Shown here: positions 10,815 to 21,534 of the stretch, piece after piece | Numbering within the stretch: position 1 is the stretch's first letter | Layout: each line of letters opens with the position of its first letter | Source of the DNA: a virus | Taxonomy: Duplodnaviria > Caudoviricetes | DNA: 64,000 nt | Virus record (IMG/VR): IMGVR_UViG_3300014204_000114 | Coordinates: 64,001-128,000 of that record | Reading direction: 5' to 3' (one strand) | Made by a program: the position numbers and the translations under genes | The notes under the pieces: generated by a model | What the model saw: the letters and a program-made list of their open reading frames with translations, nothing else | The model's database searches: none | What the model was told of the DNA's origin: nothing

Positions 10815-11195
10815 ATGTGCGGAAGTTTAAAACACGAAGGTACACTTCAGAAGATAGGCCAGGATATATTCTTTATCGATAAAAACACTGAGAAAAAAGG
10901 AATATGGGCCGGGCATGCAAGATCAGAGACTCTAAAAGAAAAATGGCTGGATAGGGGATGTATTCCAATAACTATAAAAGCCGATTCCTTTACAGAAAAG
11001 GATAAGGCTAAAAAGGATCACTTCTTTAAAGTCCCTGAAGGCTGGGCTATAGAAGGAGTATTAGTTACAAGACCTATAGACTTAGGTTCGTATATTCATG
11101 GCCCTGGCGAGGTATTAATCGTTACAAGGCCCGCGAAAGGAAAAGAGGCTAAAGTTCATGACAGATTTCCCAAATTTGTGAGGAGAGAAAAATGA
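10815..11195 (+). CDS. Minimal SRAP/YedK-like abasic-site-processing protein
   Basis: N-terminal MCG (Cys2), ARSET, C-terminal HDRFP. Confidence 0.6.
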   Translation: MCGSLKHEGTLQKIGQDIFFIDKNTEKKGIWAGHARSETLKEKWLDRGCIPITIKADSFTEKDKAKKDHFFKVPEGWAIEGVLVTRPIDLGSYIHGPGEVLIVTRPAKGKEAKVHDRFPKFVRREK

Positions 11196-12539
11196 CAAAA
11201 GAACAATTTGAAGCTATTTTTAAAGAACATTGCCCATATGATTCTTTTGAAAGTAAAAGTCAGATATTAAAAGGACTGAATATCATTGCCAAATATTTGC
11301 CTAATGTGGATATTGGAGCTGCGGAACATGACCAAGTATGGGCAAGTTGTGAGATAGACGAGCTTATAGCCGCGGGAATTATAGAGGAAGACGCTCAACG
11401 ATTATGGAAGTTAGGTTGGCTAATAAGCGAAGATGATGGCGGATTAACTCATTTCGCGTAAGGAGAATAAATTGAAAGAGCAGATCATTTGTGGGATTCT
11501 AATAGTAATCGCTTTTTTCATAGGAGCAGGAGTCTCTTCCAAGAAAGAAAAGATAGACGCAATAGAAGCTTCAGCCAAAAAAGTAGAATATTGCGCGAGC
11601 GTTAATCTCGATGCGTACAAATGCGCGGAATGGATCAGATCGGGTAAAAGCGCAGAAGAATTCTTCGGCAAGAATACCCTAAACCCCTGATTTAGAATAT
11701 ATAGAATCTATTTATAGAATTATTTATTTATCAACTTACTCATATTCCTATAGTCATAAGTTCGAGAATTAATTAATAAAAAATTCCATTTGATTATTTT
11801 CTTAATTACGTATACAATATTCGAAACAGAAAGGGCAAATAAAGGCGGGATTATGAAAAAGATAACTAAAACTGGCAGAACTATAATTATATATACTTTC
11901 CATCGGGATACCACAGAGACATTATGGGTAGGTGCTGAAAGTCTCGAAGAAGCCATAAGATTCAGAAAAGGCGACGCTCCCCATGGATATTGGGGGCATA
12001 CACTACGAGAAGTCCGATCCGAAAAAGAGGAAGTCAGGGCGTCTGATCCCTATTGGATTATTAAATGTCCAGATAAAAGCTGCTTCGGTAAAGGTAAGGA
12101 CTGTACTAAGTGCGATATAGCAGAAGTTAAGAAAGTAGAAATAACCGAAAAACAAAAACGATATGCTACTCGAGGATCGGTGATTCAAGAGGAAAGAGCT
12201 AAAGCCAGAGTCAAACATAATACTTTTATAAACTATCAGGAAAGACAGGATAAATTCAGAGAATATCTTGAAGAAAAATTAGCGAATCCCTTACACCATC
12301 GTCCGTATGAATATACGATGCCTAAGACAATGGCAGGTTGGCTGAGAGATATAATAAAGCAGACTTTAAGAGATTTTATCTCTGTCGAGGAAAGGTTTGA
12401 TGCTATTCCTGAGGATTTGCTGTTCGCCTATGAAATATTCTTTGATGATTGCATCGAAATACATTTCAACGAGGACGAATGGCTTCAGGAATGGTTCGGA
12501 ACCACGTTTCTACAGACAATAAAATTAGGATGCAAATAG
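11192..12539 (+). CDS. Hypothetical proteins 11192-11461, 11472-11690 (membrane) and 11853-12539
   Basis: ORF track; likely true start of the last gene at ATG 11853. Confidence 0.6.
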
Positions 12540-12561
12540 ATCCAAGGAGCAAAGCAAAATA

Positions 12562-13539
12562 ATGGAAAGGTTTAAGACATATATTGGATTAGATAAGCTG
12601 GGATACCCGTCTGGATATAAATCAATATTCGACAGGGAAACAGGCATTCATATAAGAGAAGTTGGAGAAGACGGGTTATGCCCCGCGCCTGAAATTGCGG
12701 ATATTGAAATTTCGACTATCTGCTCCAGAGGATGCAAATTCTGTTATAAGGACAATAAATCCAAAGGCGAGAATATGTCTCTCGAAACATTTAAAGATGT
12801 TTTGAGGAAATTCAATCTTGATATCCTAACTCAAATTGCATTTGGAATTGGAGATATAAACGCAAATCCGGATATATGGAAAATCCTGGCTTATACAAGG
12901 TCTAAAGGAATCATTCCGAATATAACGGTTAATCCGGATATAACTCAAAGTGACGCAAATAAATTAGCCAGCCTATGCGGGGCTGTAGCAGTATCTTATT
13001 ACGGCTTAGCAGAGACATTAGAAGCTGTATGTAAGTTGCACGACTCGGGATTGAAACAGGTAAATATCCACGCTTTAGTATCGGAAGAAACTAAAAGTGA
13101 CGTTGAGCTTTTATTCGAAAGGTCTAAATATGTACCGGAGTTAAACGCAATTGTATTACTTGCTTTAAAGCCTAAAGGTCGCGGCGTAGCATTCACCCCT
13201 CTAAAAGGATTCGGATGGTATAAAAGAAACTTCGAAGGAGCTAAAAAGTATAATATGGGTCTTGGGATGGATACATGCTCGGCATGCAGATTTAAAGCTG
13301 AAGTAGACGACCCTTCATTGGATAGCATAATCGAAACATGCGAAAGCACTTTAGCTTCTATTTATATAGATGTTAAAGGAGTAGCTTATCCATGCTCATT
13401 TAGCGTAGGAAAAATACAAGGGCAGAATCTTCTAAATGAACGGACTGATGTAAGCGATATCTGGAGATCCGATATCTTCAAAGCGTTCAGGAGAGAATTG
13501 AGACTAACAAGAGGCAAATGCCCTATTTACGATATATAA
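12562..13539 (+). CDS. Radical SAM protein with C-terminal SPASM/Twitch-like domain
   Basis: CSRGCKFC (CX3CX2C); C-terminal CES...IDVKG.AYPCSF...CPIY. Confidence 0.9.
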   Translation: MERFKTYIGLDKLGYPSGYKSIFDRETGIHIREVGEDGLCPAPEIADIEISTICSRGCKFCYKDNKSKGENMSLETFKDVLRKFNLDILTQIAFGIGDINANPDIWKILAYTRSKGIIPNITVNPDITQSDANKLASLCGAVAVSYYGLAETLEAVCKLHDSGLKQVNIHALVSEETKSDVELLFERSKYVPELNAIVLLALKPKGRGVAFTPLKGFGWYKRNFEGAKKYNMGLGMDTCSACRFKAEVDDPSLDSIIETCESTLASIYIDVKGVAYPCSFSVGKIQGQNLLNERTDVSDIWRSDIFKAFRRELRLTRGKCPIYDI

Positions 13540-13548
13540 GGAATTAAA

Positions 13549-15966
13549 GTGAAAAAGATAATCAAAAAGACAGAAGACACCGCAACGGGAGCTATTTATT
13601 TAGATCCTATTGATTTGAGTCATTTAGATAATGACGGAGATTTTGATAATTACGACGACGCATACGACAGAGGGTTAAGGGCAGGGGAGCATTACCATAA
13701 AAAATTCATAAAAGAAGAGGTCGTACCTTTACTTAAAGAGACTAGAGACAGGCTTGAATCCATCCAGAAAGACTCAGGATTGGCTTCTTTAGAAAACAGT
13801 TACTGCGGGGAGTATGAATCAGAAGAACTTATAAAGAAAATAACTGATTTTATTGATAAGCTCGAAGCTCAAACTAAGGGATAAGTATGAGAACATCTAT
13901 TCAATGCTTACATTATTGTGATTTAAAAGAAGGCGACAGATTTATCTGCGTAGCTGAAGCTGAGGATCCTGCCCAGATATATTATACTTGGAAAGACGAT
14001 AGGTGGAATTTGCATGCACGATCATTACTAACAGGCCAAAACCATGATTTTAAACCTGATAGAAAAGTAGTAAAGGTGAGGATATGAATAAGATTAAAAT
14101 ACTAGATCCATTGGCAATGTGGCTGGATATGGGATTTGCCACGAAAATGACAGAAAGCTCATTAAGGCATTATGTTTTAAAAGGGGTGATGCGGCCTAAC
14201 GATCTTGTCATATTAGAAATTCCCTATCTTCGATCTGACGAAAGAACAGGAACCGCAAAAGCATATAATAAAACCGATTTAGAAAACACGCGGTATTATT
14301 CCATAACGGAGCAAATAGAAAGAAGCAAAAAATACCCTTCGATATACTTGTGCGTAGTAATAAGAGAAAAGAAAGGTATTTGGGAATTCATGCTGGTAGA
14401 CAACCAAGGACGTGATTCTTGTGGGAAACTATGTATTATTACTGCAGACGAAGAATGTTTTGATTATGTATGTAATGTTGGGGCAAAAGAACACAAACTC
14501 GAAATGGAACCTGGTCAAATTGTGGACTTAGCCAACACATATTATGGCTGCATAGATACAGTTTGGCTGACAGGTTATGGTTATTCTAGTGAACATAACG
14601 AAAGAGGGTGGAAGGGAATTTTATTAAAGCGCGATGGAGAGTACAGAGATACTAGCATACAGATAGAATGGGAGAAATATAAACGCCTTGGCCGTTCGGG
14701 CGGCGAGTGCGATTACAGAGAAAATACTCAATTACTTAGGACAATATGCGAAAAAGATTTCTTAGGAAACTTAACTCAGGATATTATTAACAGACTTAAA
14801 AAGCACAATGACAAAATTGTTCAGCTTTATGTCGATACCGTCGTCAAGAAAGTGATAAAAAAGCCGGAAATCTATTGCCCGGGACCATACATAAGCGATG
14901 AAGAGAAACGATGGAATAGATTTATGGCAAATAATCCAGATGCATTTGCGTGGGATAATATTAAGGGATGCCAACCATGAAAAAGATAAACAATAACATA
15001 TCTACAAAAGAACCCTCTCCTGAAGTTTTAACTAAGGAAAGCAGGCAAGAAAGAGAAGCACGTTTTAATGCCAGAATGAAGAAATTCGACAAAGCTCTTA
15101 AAACAAGAATTGCTAAAGACTCGCATCAGAAGAAATATACCACATTTAGGAATAGATCATTATCTGAATTAACATATGAAATAAATTCAGAAATGATCTG
15201 GCGAATGAAACAAGATGGATATCAATGCGACGGTAGTCAATTCGTGACGGAAATTAATTTTTGTCCATATACGTCACATCTACTGTATATATTTTTTGAT
15301 ATAGACTCTTGTCGGTATCTCGGCATGAGTCAGACGTGCCGACAAGCATATGTGCTTGAAGAGGAAATTAATGAAAAAAATAATTAAAAAACGCATCTAT
15401 AAATTTATCACTACGCAGCCTATAGATAGAACTTATATAGCTTTGGCAGAAAGCGAAGATGATCTTAAGGGCAAGTATAATAACGGAGAGTTTGACGAGA
15501 CTGAAGAGACCGAAGGAGATCCTACGGAGATGCTTTTGGTTGATGTGGACGATTCTGAACCGGAAGAAATGATGCAAATCACTGCATATATAGATTGTCC
15601 TGTAGATCCTTTAAAATGCTCGCATCGTTTAGAAGGTGAAGGCTGCGGTAAATGTCCTAAAGGAGCAAAGTGGGTTGAAATATGATGAAGAAAGATAAAA
15701 AATTAAAAAAGAAATTTCTTGAAATAGTGCAAACATATGCCGAGTATGGTATAGACGGGCTTAGAATAAGAATAACGCAAAAGGATTTTGATTACATAGA
15801 CAAGCATATATCCAAGCTTATTAAAATTTTCAATCTAGACCATGACGAAATCCAATCATTCTTCACTGCCCATAATAACTATAAGCACGTTATGGAATTT
15901 ATTGAAGCTATGGAGGATTTATTAGCGACGACAGATCTTTCAGGAGAAGAAAATGATAAAAATTAG
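13549..15966 (+). CDS. Run of six hypothetical proteins (13549, 13887, 14084, 14968, 15350, 15682)
   Basis: Overlapping start/stop codons, SD sites. Confidence 0.6.
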
Positions 15967-16480
15967 AATGGGTTTTGTTAGTAATAGCTCAAGCTCATCA
16001 TTTTTAATCGCTCTACCAAAAGAGCCGAAGGATACAGCGGAGCTTAAAGAGATGCTGGGATACGGAACAGTCCCAGAGGAATGGCTTCAGTGCATTCTTC
16101 ATAAGATTAAAATGGGAGGGGATGGCTTTTACGAAGAACGTAGAAAGCTTACTAGGGAAGAACTTCTCGCGGAGTGGTTAGAAAACTCAAGTGACACAAA
16201 ATTTTACCATGAATTATTGGGTAAGTTACGGGGACCAAAGCAAAGAAAGATTTCTAAGACAAACTACGCTCTAGCGGCAGCAGTGGCAGACGCTATATAT
16301 GAAAGAATAATAAAAGATTTTGACGAGGATACAAAAGACATGTTCCTGTGTGCCTTAAGATTCGGCTATCAAGGGGATGGCTCCCCTGCTGTCGAGGGAG
16401 AGATAGAAAAAAGTGTCGTCCTCGGAGGAATAAAACGCTTAACGACTAAACTCAATCCTCCCGGAGGAAATCATGGTTAA
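15953..16480 (+). CDS. SNSSSSSF-motif family protein, copy 1
   Basis: MIKIRMGFVSNSSSSSFLIALPKEP. Confidence 0.8.
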   Translation: MIKIRMGFVSNSSSSSFLIALPKEPKDTAELKEMLGYGTVPEEWLQCILHKIKMGGDGFYEERRKLTREELLAEWLENSSDTKFYHELLGKLRGPKQRKISKTNYALAAAVADAIYERIIKDFDEDTKDMFLCALRFGYQGDGSPAVEGEIEKSVVLGGIKRLTTKLNPPGGNHG

Positions 16481-17039
16481 AATAAGAACAGGGTTTGTAT
16501 CAAATAGTTCGTCGAGTTCGTTCCTGGTATTTTTTCCAAGAAAGCCTAATAATGTAATCCAGCTTAGGGATATGTTGTTTTCCAGATATGATATAGACCA
16601 TGACTTCAGATTTAAAACAGGATTCGATGATGACCTTTCGATGTCTCTAATGGATGTCGCTGAGATAGTGTTTGATGATATGGAAAACCAAAAGCCGAAT
16701 TCTGCAAAAGTGAAGAAAGATTGGATCAAAAACAAGACATGGGATCTAGACAAGAAAGTACTCGGAGCGGCAGTCCATTGGAAGAGACTTCAAACAGAAG
16801 AGGATGGATCTGTATCCGCAAAAGAATTAGGAAGGCTTGAACGAGAATCAGAGAAAGAGGCCGAATATGATATGAAGCATACTATAGAATACTACCGCAA
16901 GGAGACAATAAAAGAAGAGGGACATTGTTTTATTTACGAATTTGAGTATGCGGATGATGATGGTACGTGGCAGGATGGCATATTAAGACATGGGAATATA
17001 TTCAGGAACTTAAGACATATTAAGGATTACAACCAATAA
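16473..17039 (+). CDS. SNSSSSSF-motif family protein, copy 2
   Basis: MVKIRTGFVSNSSSSSFLVFFPRKP ... HGNIFRNLRH. Confidence 0.8.
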   Translation: MVKIRTGFVSNSSSSSFLVFFPRKPNNVIQLRDMLFSRYDIDHDFRFKTGFDDDLSMSLMDVAEIVFDDMENQKPNSAKVKKDWIKNKTWDLDKKVLGAAVHWKRLQTEEDGSVSAKELGRLERESEKEAEYDMKHTIEYYRKETIKEEGHCFIYEFEYADDDGTWQDGILRHGNIFRNLRHIKDYNQ

Positions 17040-17061
17040 GAAAATCCTTCAGGAGGCAAAA

Positions 17062-17424
17062 ATGGTTAAGATAAGAATGGGACTTGTAAGTAATTCCTCA
17101 AGTTCAAGCTTTATAGTCACGTTCCCTCATGATCCTAAGAATGAGGAAGACGTATTCGATATGATGTTCCCCGGAAAAGATAGGGAGGATCATTACACTA
17201 TATATGATTACGTGACTCATCTTGGAGTAATTTCTCAGCAAGTATGGCAAGATATTCAGGAACATCGTATAAAAAATCGTAAGCCTAATTTTAAATATAA
17301 ACTTGCAGAAGGAGAGACCAAGTACTATTTCCATTATTCAGACAATGATGGAGAATTAGGAACAATTATGGAGCATGGAGATATATTCTCTAATCTAAAA
17401 CATGAACGAGAGAATCATCATTAG
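17062..17424 (+). CDS. SNSSSSSF-motif family protein, copy 3
   Basis: MVKIRMGLVSNSSSSSFIVTFPHDP ... HGDIFSNLKH. Confidence 0.8.
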   Translation: MVKIRMGLVSNSSSSSFIVTFPHDPKNEEDVFDMMFPGKDREDHYTIYDYVTHLGVISQQVWQDIQEHRIKNRKPNFKYKLAEGETKYYFHYSDNDGELGTIMEHGDIFSNLKHERENHH

Positions 17425-17900
17425 GAGAAAATATGAAAATTGGTAAATATATAATGTATTCGAAGGTGGACTTTGCAAGAGTCAAAGGCGAATACATCAA
17501 TAAATATCTAGGAATCGAGGAATTCACTTCAATGACGGATATGTTTGCTTTTATATCCGAATTGCTATCTGAATATACTAAACAAGCTCCATGTGATAGC
17601 GGGGCGGTTAAAAATATCGAAAAGCTAAAAAATAAATTAACGGACCTTACAAATATGGACGACGAATTCTATGTCACCAATAGTTCGTTATATGAAATAT
17701 TTATTAAGCGGATTAAAGTTGGAGAATAAGTATGGGAATAGATAAAGAAGAGTGGATTTATTATTTAAATGAGATTCGTCTTTCGGCAGAAACAGTCAGA
17801 GCAAATTGGAACCATATGAGCGCCGGAGACATTAACGACGAGATGGAAAATATAAAAACAAAAACTGAAATATTATTAGGCGATATTAAAGAGGACTAAA

Positions 17901-18470
17901 ATGGTTAAAATAAGATTAGGATTTGTATCAAATAGCTCATCGTCATCATTTTTAGTGGCTTTCCCGAAAAAGCCTAATAATGCAGACGAATTAAAAGCCA
18001 TGTTATTTACTAAATATCAATGTGATATCGAAAATAGCCAGAGAATGGATGATGTTTCCAGTTATTTATTCGATAAGATCTGTGAATTTCTAGATATAAA
18101 TAGAAAGAAAAAAGACTTAAGAAAATTTGTTATAAATGAATGGGAAAAACATCCGGATCCTGATATCTGGTGCGAGAAGAAAAAAGAAGTGGATCAGGAG
18201 TGGGAGCACGAACACGGTAAAAGATTCGTATGTGATTGTAATGATCCAGAATCGCGAAAAGAATTAGATAAAATACACAAAGAGACCGATAGGCGCGCTA
18301 AGATCTGGTCGGATTGCGATGTGGAAGAATTTGAAGAAAATACCAGAGGATGGTTCGTGTGTACATTTGAGTTAGGAAATGCCACTTTTGATACTGCTTC
18401 ATTGTGTGAAGAATTAGAACATAGCGGAGTGTTCAATCACTTGCCACATATAATCCATAATAATCATTAG
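17901..18470 (+). CDS. SNSSSSSF-motif family protein, copy 4
   Basis: MVKIRLGFVSNSSSSSFLVAFPKKP ... HSGVFNHLPH. Confidence 0.8.
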   Translation: MVKIRLGFVSNSSSSSFLVAFPKKPNNADELKAMLFTKYQCDIENSQRMDDVSSYLFDKICEFLDINRKKKDLRKFVINEWEKHPDPDIWCEKKKEVDQEWEHEHGKRFVCDCNDPESRKELDKIHKETDRRAKIWSDCDVEEFEENTRGWFVCTFELGNATFDTASLCEELEHSGVFNHLPHIIHNNH

Positions 18471-18479
18471 AGGTAAAAA

Positions 18480-21400
18480 ATGATCAAAGTAAAATGGGCA
18501 CGACATCATTATCTACACTTATTCTTTATATGGATTTATGTCTTAGTAATTCGTTCATTCTCTCATTTTGCCTTTTGGTGCCAGATAAAATTTGCAGCCT
18601 TTATAAGTACTAAAGGAATCTATTATGGCTATTTTAACCCTGGAGAATTACGTATTGAAGGTAAGAATGTCGATAAATGGAGACTTATAAAAGATGAAGT
18701 AATTTATACTGGTAAATGGGGGAGAGAATTGGGACGTCTGAATGTAAAAGAATTTGATCAAAAGAATAAGGTAGAATAAAATGAAAAAGATAACTGTTTC
18801 AAGATCTGACCGTTTTATAAAAGAGTTTAAGGATATCATTAATTGTCAGTATCCAAGTAGTCAAAGCCCTAGTATGCCTTTGACTTTTAAAGAACATATC
18901 CGACATATACAAAGTCTCATAACAGAAGCTTTCCTGAAAACTATCGACGAACCTATTCTGGACGACGATATGGACGATCTAATTTATTTCTCATTTAAGA
19001 TATTTGATGATAATTTGTGCATCACATTCGATAGCGACTATTTGCAGGGCTATTTTGATGTTGAAAATATAACTATAAGATTATAGGAGAAATTATGAAA
19101 ATTATAGAAGCATTGGAATACTTAGCTGAGAATTGCCATGACTATGAATCAGGTTCTAACTATTTAAAATCAATGTCCAAATACTGTTTAGCCAGTATTA
19201 TATACAAAAACTACAGTATAAACTGTTTTATCAAAAAATAGATAACAAGTTTTTTATTATAGGGCAGTATCATCCGGGACGAAGTATGGAAATAGATCCT
19301 CAGTTTGTATCTAATGTAGCTTGGATTAATAGCCACCATGAGTGTCATAACCTCTCAATTAGCACAGAAGTTACTAAAGCATATCCGCCTCCTTACAGTT
19401 ATAAAGTAATAGGCCAGTCAGGACATTTAGAAAACGTTATACTCTCAGAATATTATTACGTTTACGAGTTCGTAAAGAAGCTAGATCTCCCGCACGAACT
19501 TAACGATTTTAACTGGGATGGTAAGATATTAACCTTCTCTTCCGGAAGAGAACCTATCACTAGACAAACTCTGGAAAAGAAAGGGATCTTTAGCGAAAGA
19601 GACGGAGAGATTAAAGAGAATTACTGCGCTGAGGCATTATGAAAATTATGGAAATAATTGGACACGAAGAAATACCTGAATTAGGCGAAGAGCCTACTAT
19701 AAAACAAGTCGTTAAATACTTACTTGATATTCTTGAAAAATATCAAAAAAGAGGATACGAGGACATCACTTTAAGAGATGATAACGGTGCTGGATTTATA
19801 GTATCGGGGAAAGAAATTGAAAACAAAGATATTTAAATCGTTCGAAGAATTCTTAAAATCTTATTATCCCAAACATCACTGCGACGGATGCAGGTTTTAT
19901 AAAACCAATCCTAACGCGGAGCCATGTACAATCTTAAGCGACAGCCGGCATTATAGGATAATGGGAAACTCCAAAGAAGTAACTGACAAAATGATAGAAC
20001 GCTGCAAAGAGATGAGGTATAAAGAGAAAATATGACAATTACATTAAAATATGTCGTTAGCTGAGGTCCTTATGACAAATAAAATATTTGAAAAAGAAAT
20101 AACAGTAAAAATAAAAATGACCCGTTCTCAGACGAACGTACTTCGTTGCGACGAATGCCCTTTTTATAACGACTTCTTTAACGAGGGTACCTGGAGAACA
20201 GATGAAGAATGCAAATGTCCCGAGAACTACGATTTAGAATTAGAATTTCACGAAGCTCAAAAGAGATGCTTCGAAAGACATTTTAAAAATACCAATAAGT
20301 AAGGAGAGAATATGCCAATTGTACTAAAAGGGAAAACGGTTCTGTTAGGAGTTATTGGGGTAGATTCGGGCCAGGTATTAATTTGCGATCCGTGCTATAT
20401 TGATTCAAGTTGGAAAAAAACGGAATACAGAGACGAAGACCCGGACGCAGTTGGAGAATTTTCATATAACGGGTGCTGTAATACTAATGATCCTTTTATA
20501 CGAACTGCCGGCTCGCATCCAGTTGAAAATATAGGACAGCTCGGATTCGACAAGACTTTGGACGGCGCAGGAGTTACCTCTAAAACTATGGTCGGAGACG
20601 GAGTCTATAACGTATATGGAATACTGAATGAGAAGGGTGAAGTAAAAGGCATCTATATAGATTTTGAGGAGCCGGCAGATGTATCAGAGGAATAATCTGA
20701 TTACTAAAGAAGATATACTTTCGGCAAAGTGCAAATATAAGAAGTTAAAACTTATAGAACAAGCCGAATGCGTGAAGTACGGAGGGACTATTGACTGGAT
20801 ACATATATCCTGGAAAGACGAGATAACGTCAATGAAAATAAATAAACATCTTAAAGTTGTTGGGACTCTTCCTCTCGGAGATGTATATAAAGTATACATA
20901 TATCCTTCTATTGATTATAAAGATAGGGGTACTTATTTTTTCTTAGAAGAAAGACTAGATTCAAATAGAGAATCCTGTCAGGGGATTAGAAAAGAGCAGA
21001 TATCATTCGCGGCTTATTATAATATGGATTTTAGAATTATTAACTCTAGATCAAATGTATTAAATAATATCCCTGATATGCCATGGCTTGCCGCGGAGAA
21101 GTATCTTAAAGAGATGTATAACGACTAAGGAGGAGCAAATGTTACTAGTTATTTATACAATTATTTTTATAATAATAACCCTATGTGTAGTTTTCGCGGG
21201 ATTCTTATTTATTATGGGGATAATGTTTGGGATAACAAAGAGAGGGATCGTTTTAACTATTATTAAAGACAATACTTTGGATCCTAAATATTACTCCGAA
21301 TTACTGGCAATCCTAAACAGAGAACTCAAAAATAGTCAGATAATGGAATTTACTAAAAAGATCCCGAGAAAGAGTAAAAATAAACTAGAACAGATAGTTC

Positions 21401-21522
21401 CATTAGTTATGGAGCAATGCAAAGATTTAAGGGCGCATATCTATTATTATAAGATTCAGCCTTTGCTGAAATCAATTGAAGTAAAATACGAATCAATTGA
21501 AAAACCAAATAAGTTAAATTAA
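18480..21522 (+). CDS. Run of small hypothetical proteins, several Cys-rich; 20312-20695 carries a GVDSGQ..ICDPCY motif (DUF4241-like)
   Basis: ORF track, SD sites. Confidence 0.55.
19095..19642 (+). pseudogene. Probable frameshifted gene (or sequencing error)
   Basis: SD-led ORF 19095-19241 stops at TAG, while the frame of ORF 19286-19642 is open from about 19160 and has no SD of its own. Confidence 0.4.
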
Positions 21523-21534
21523 TCGGAGGCAAAA

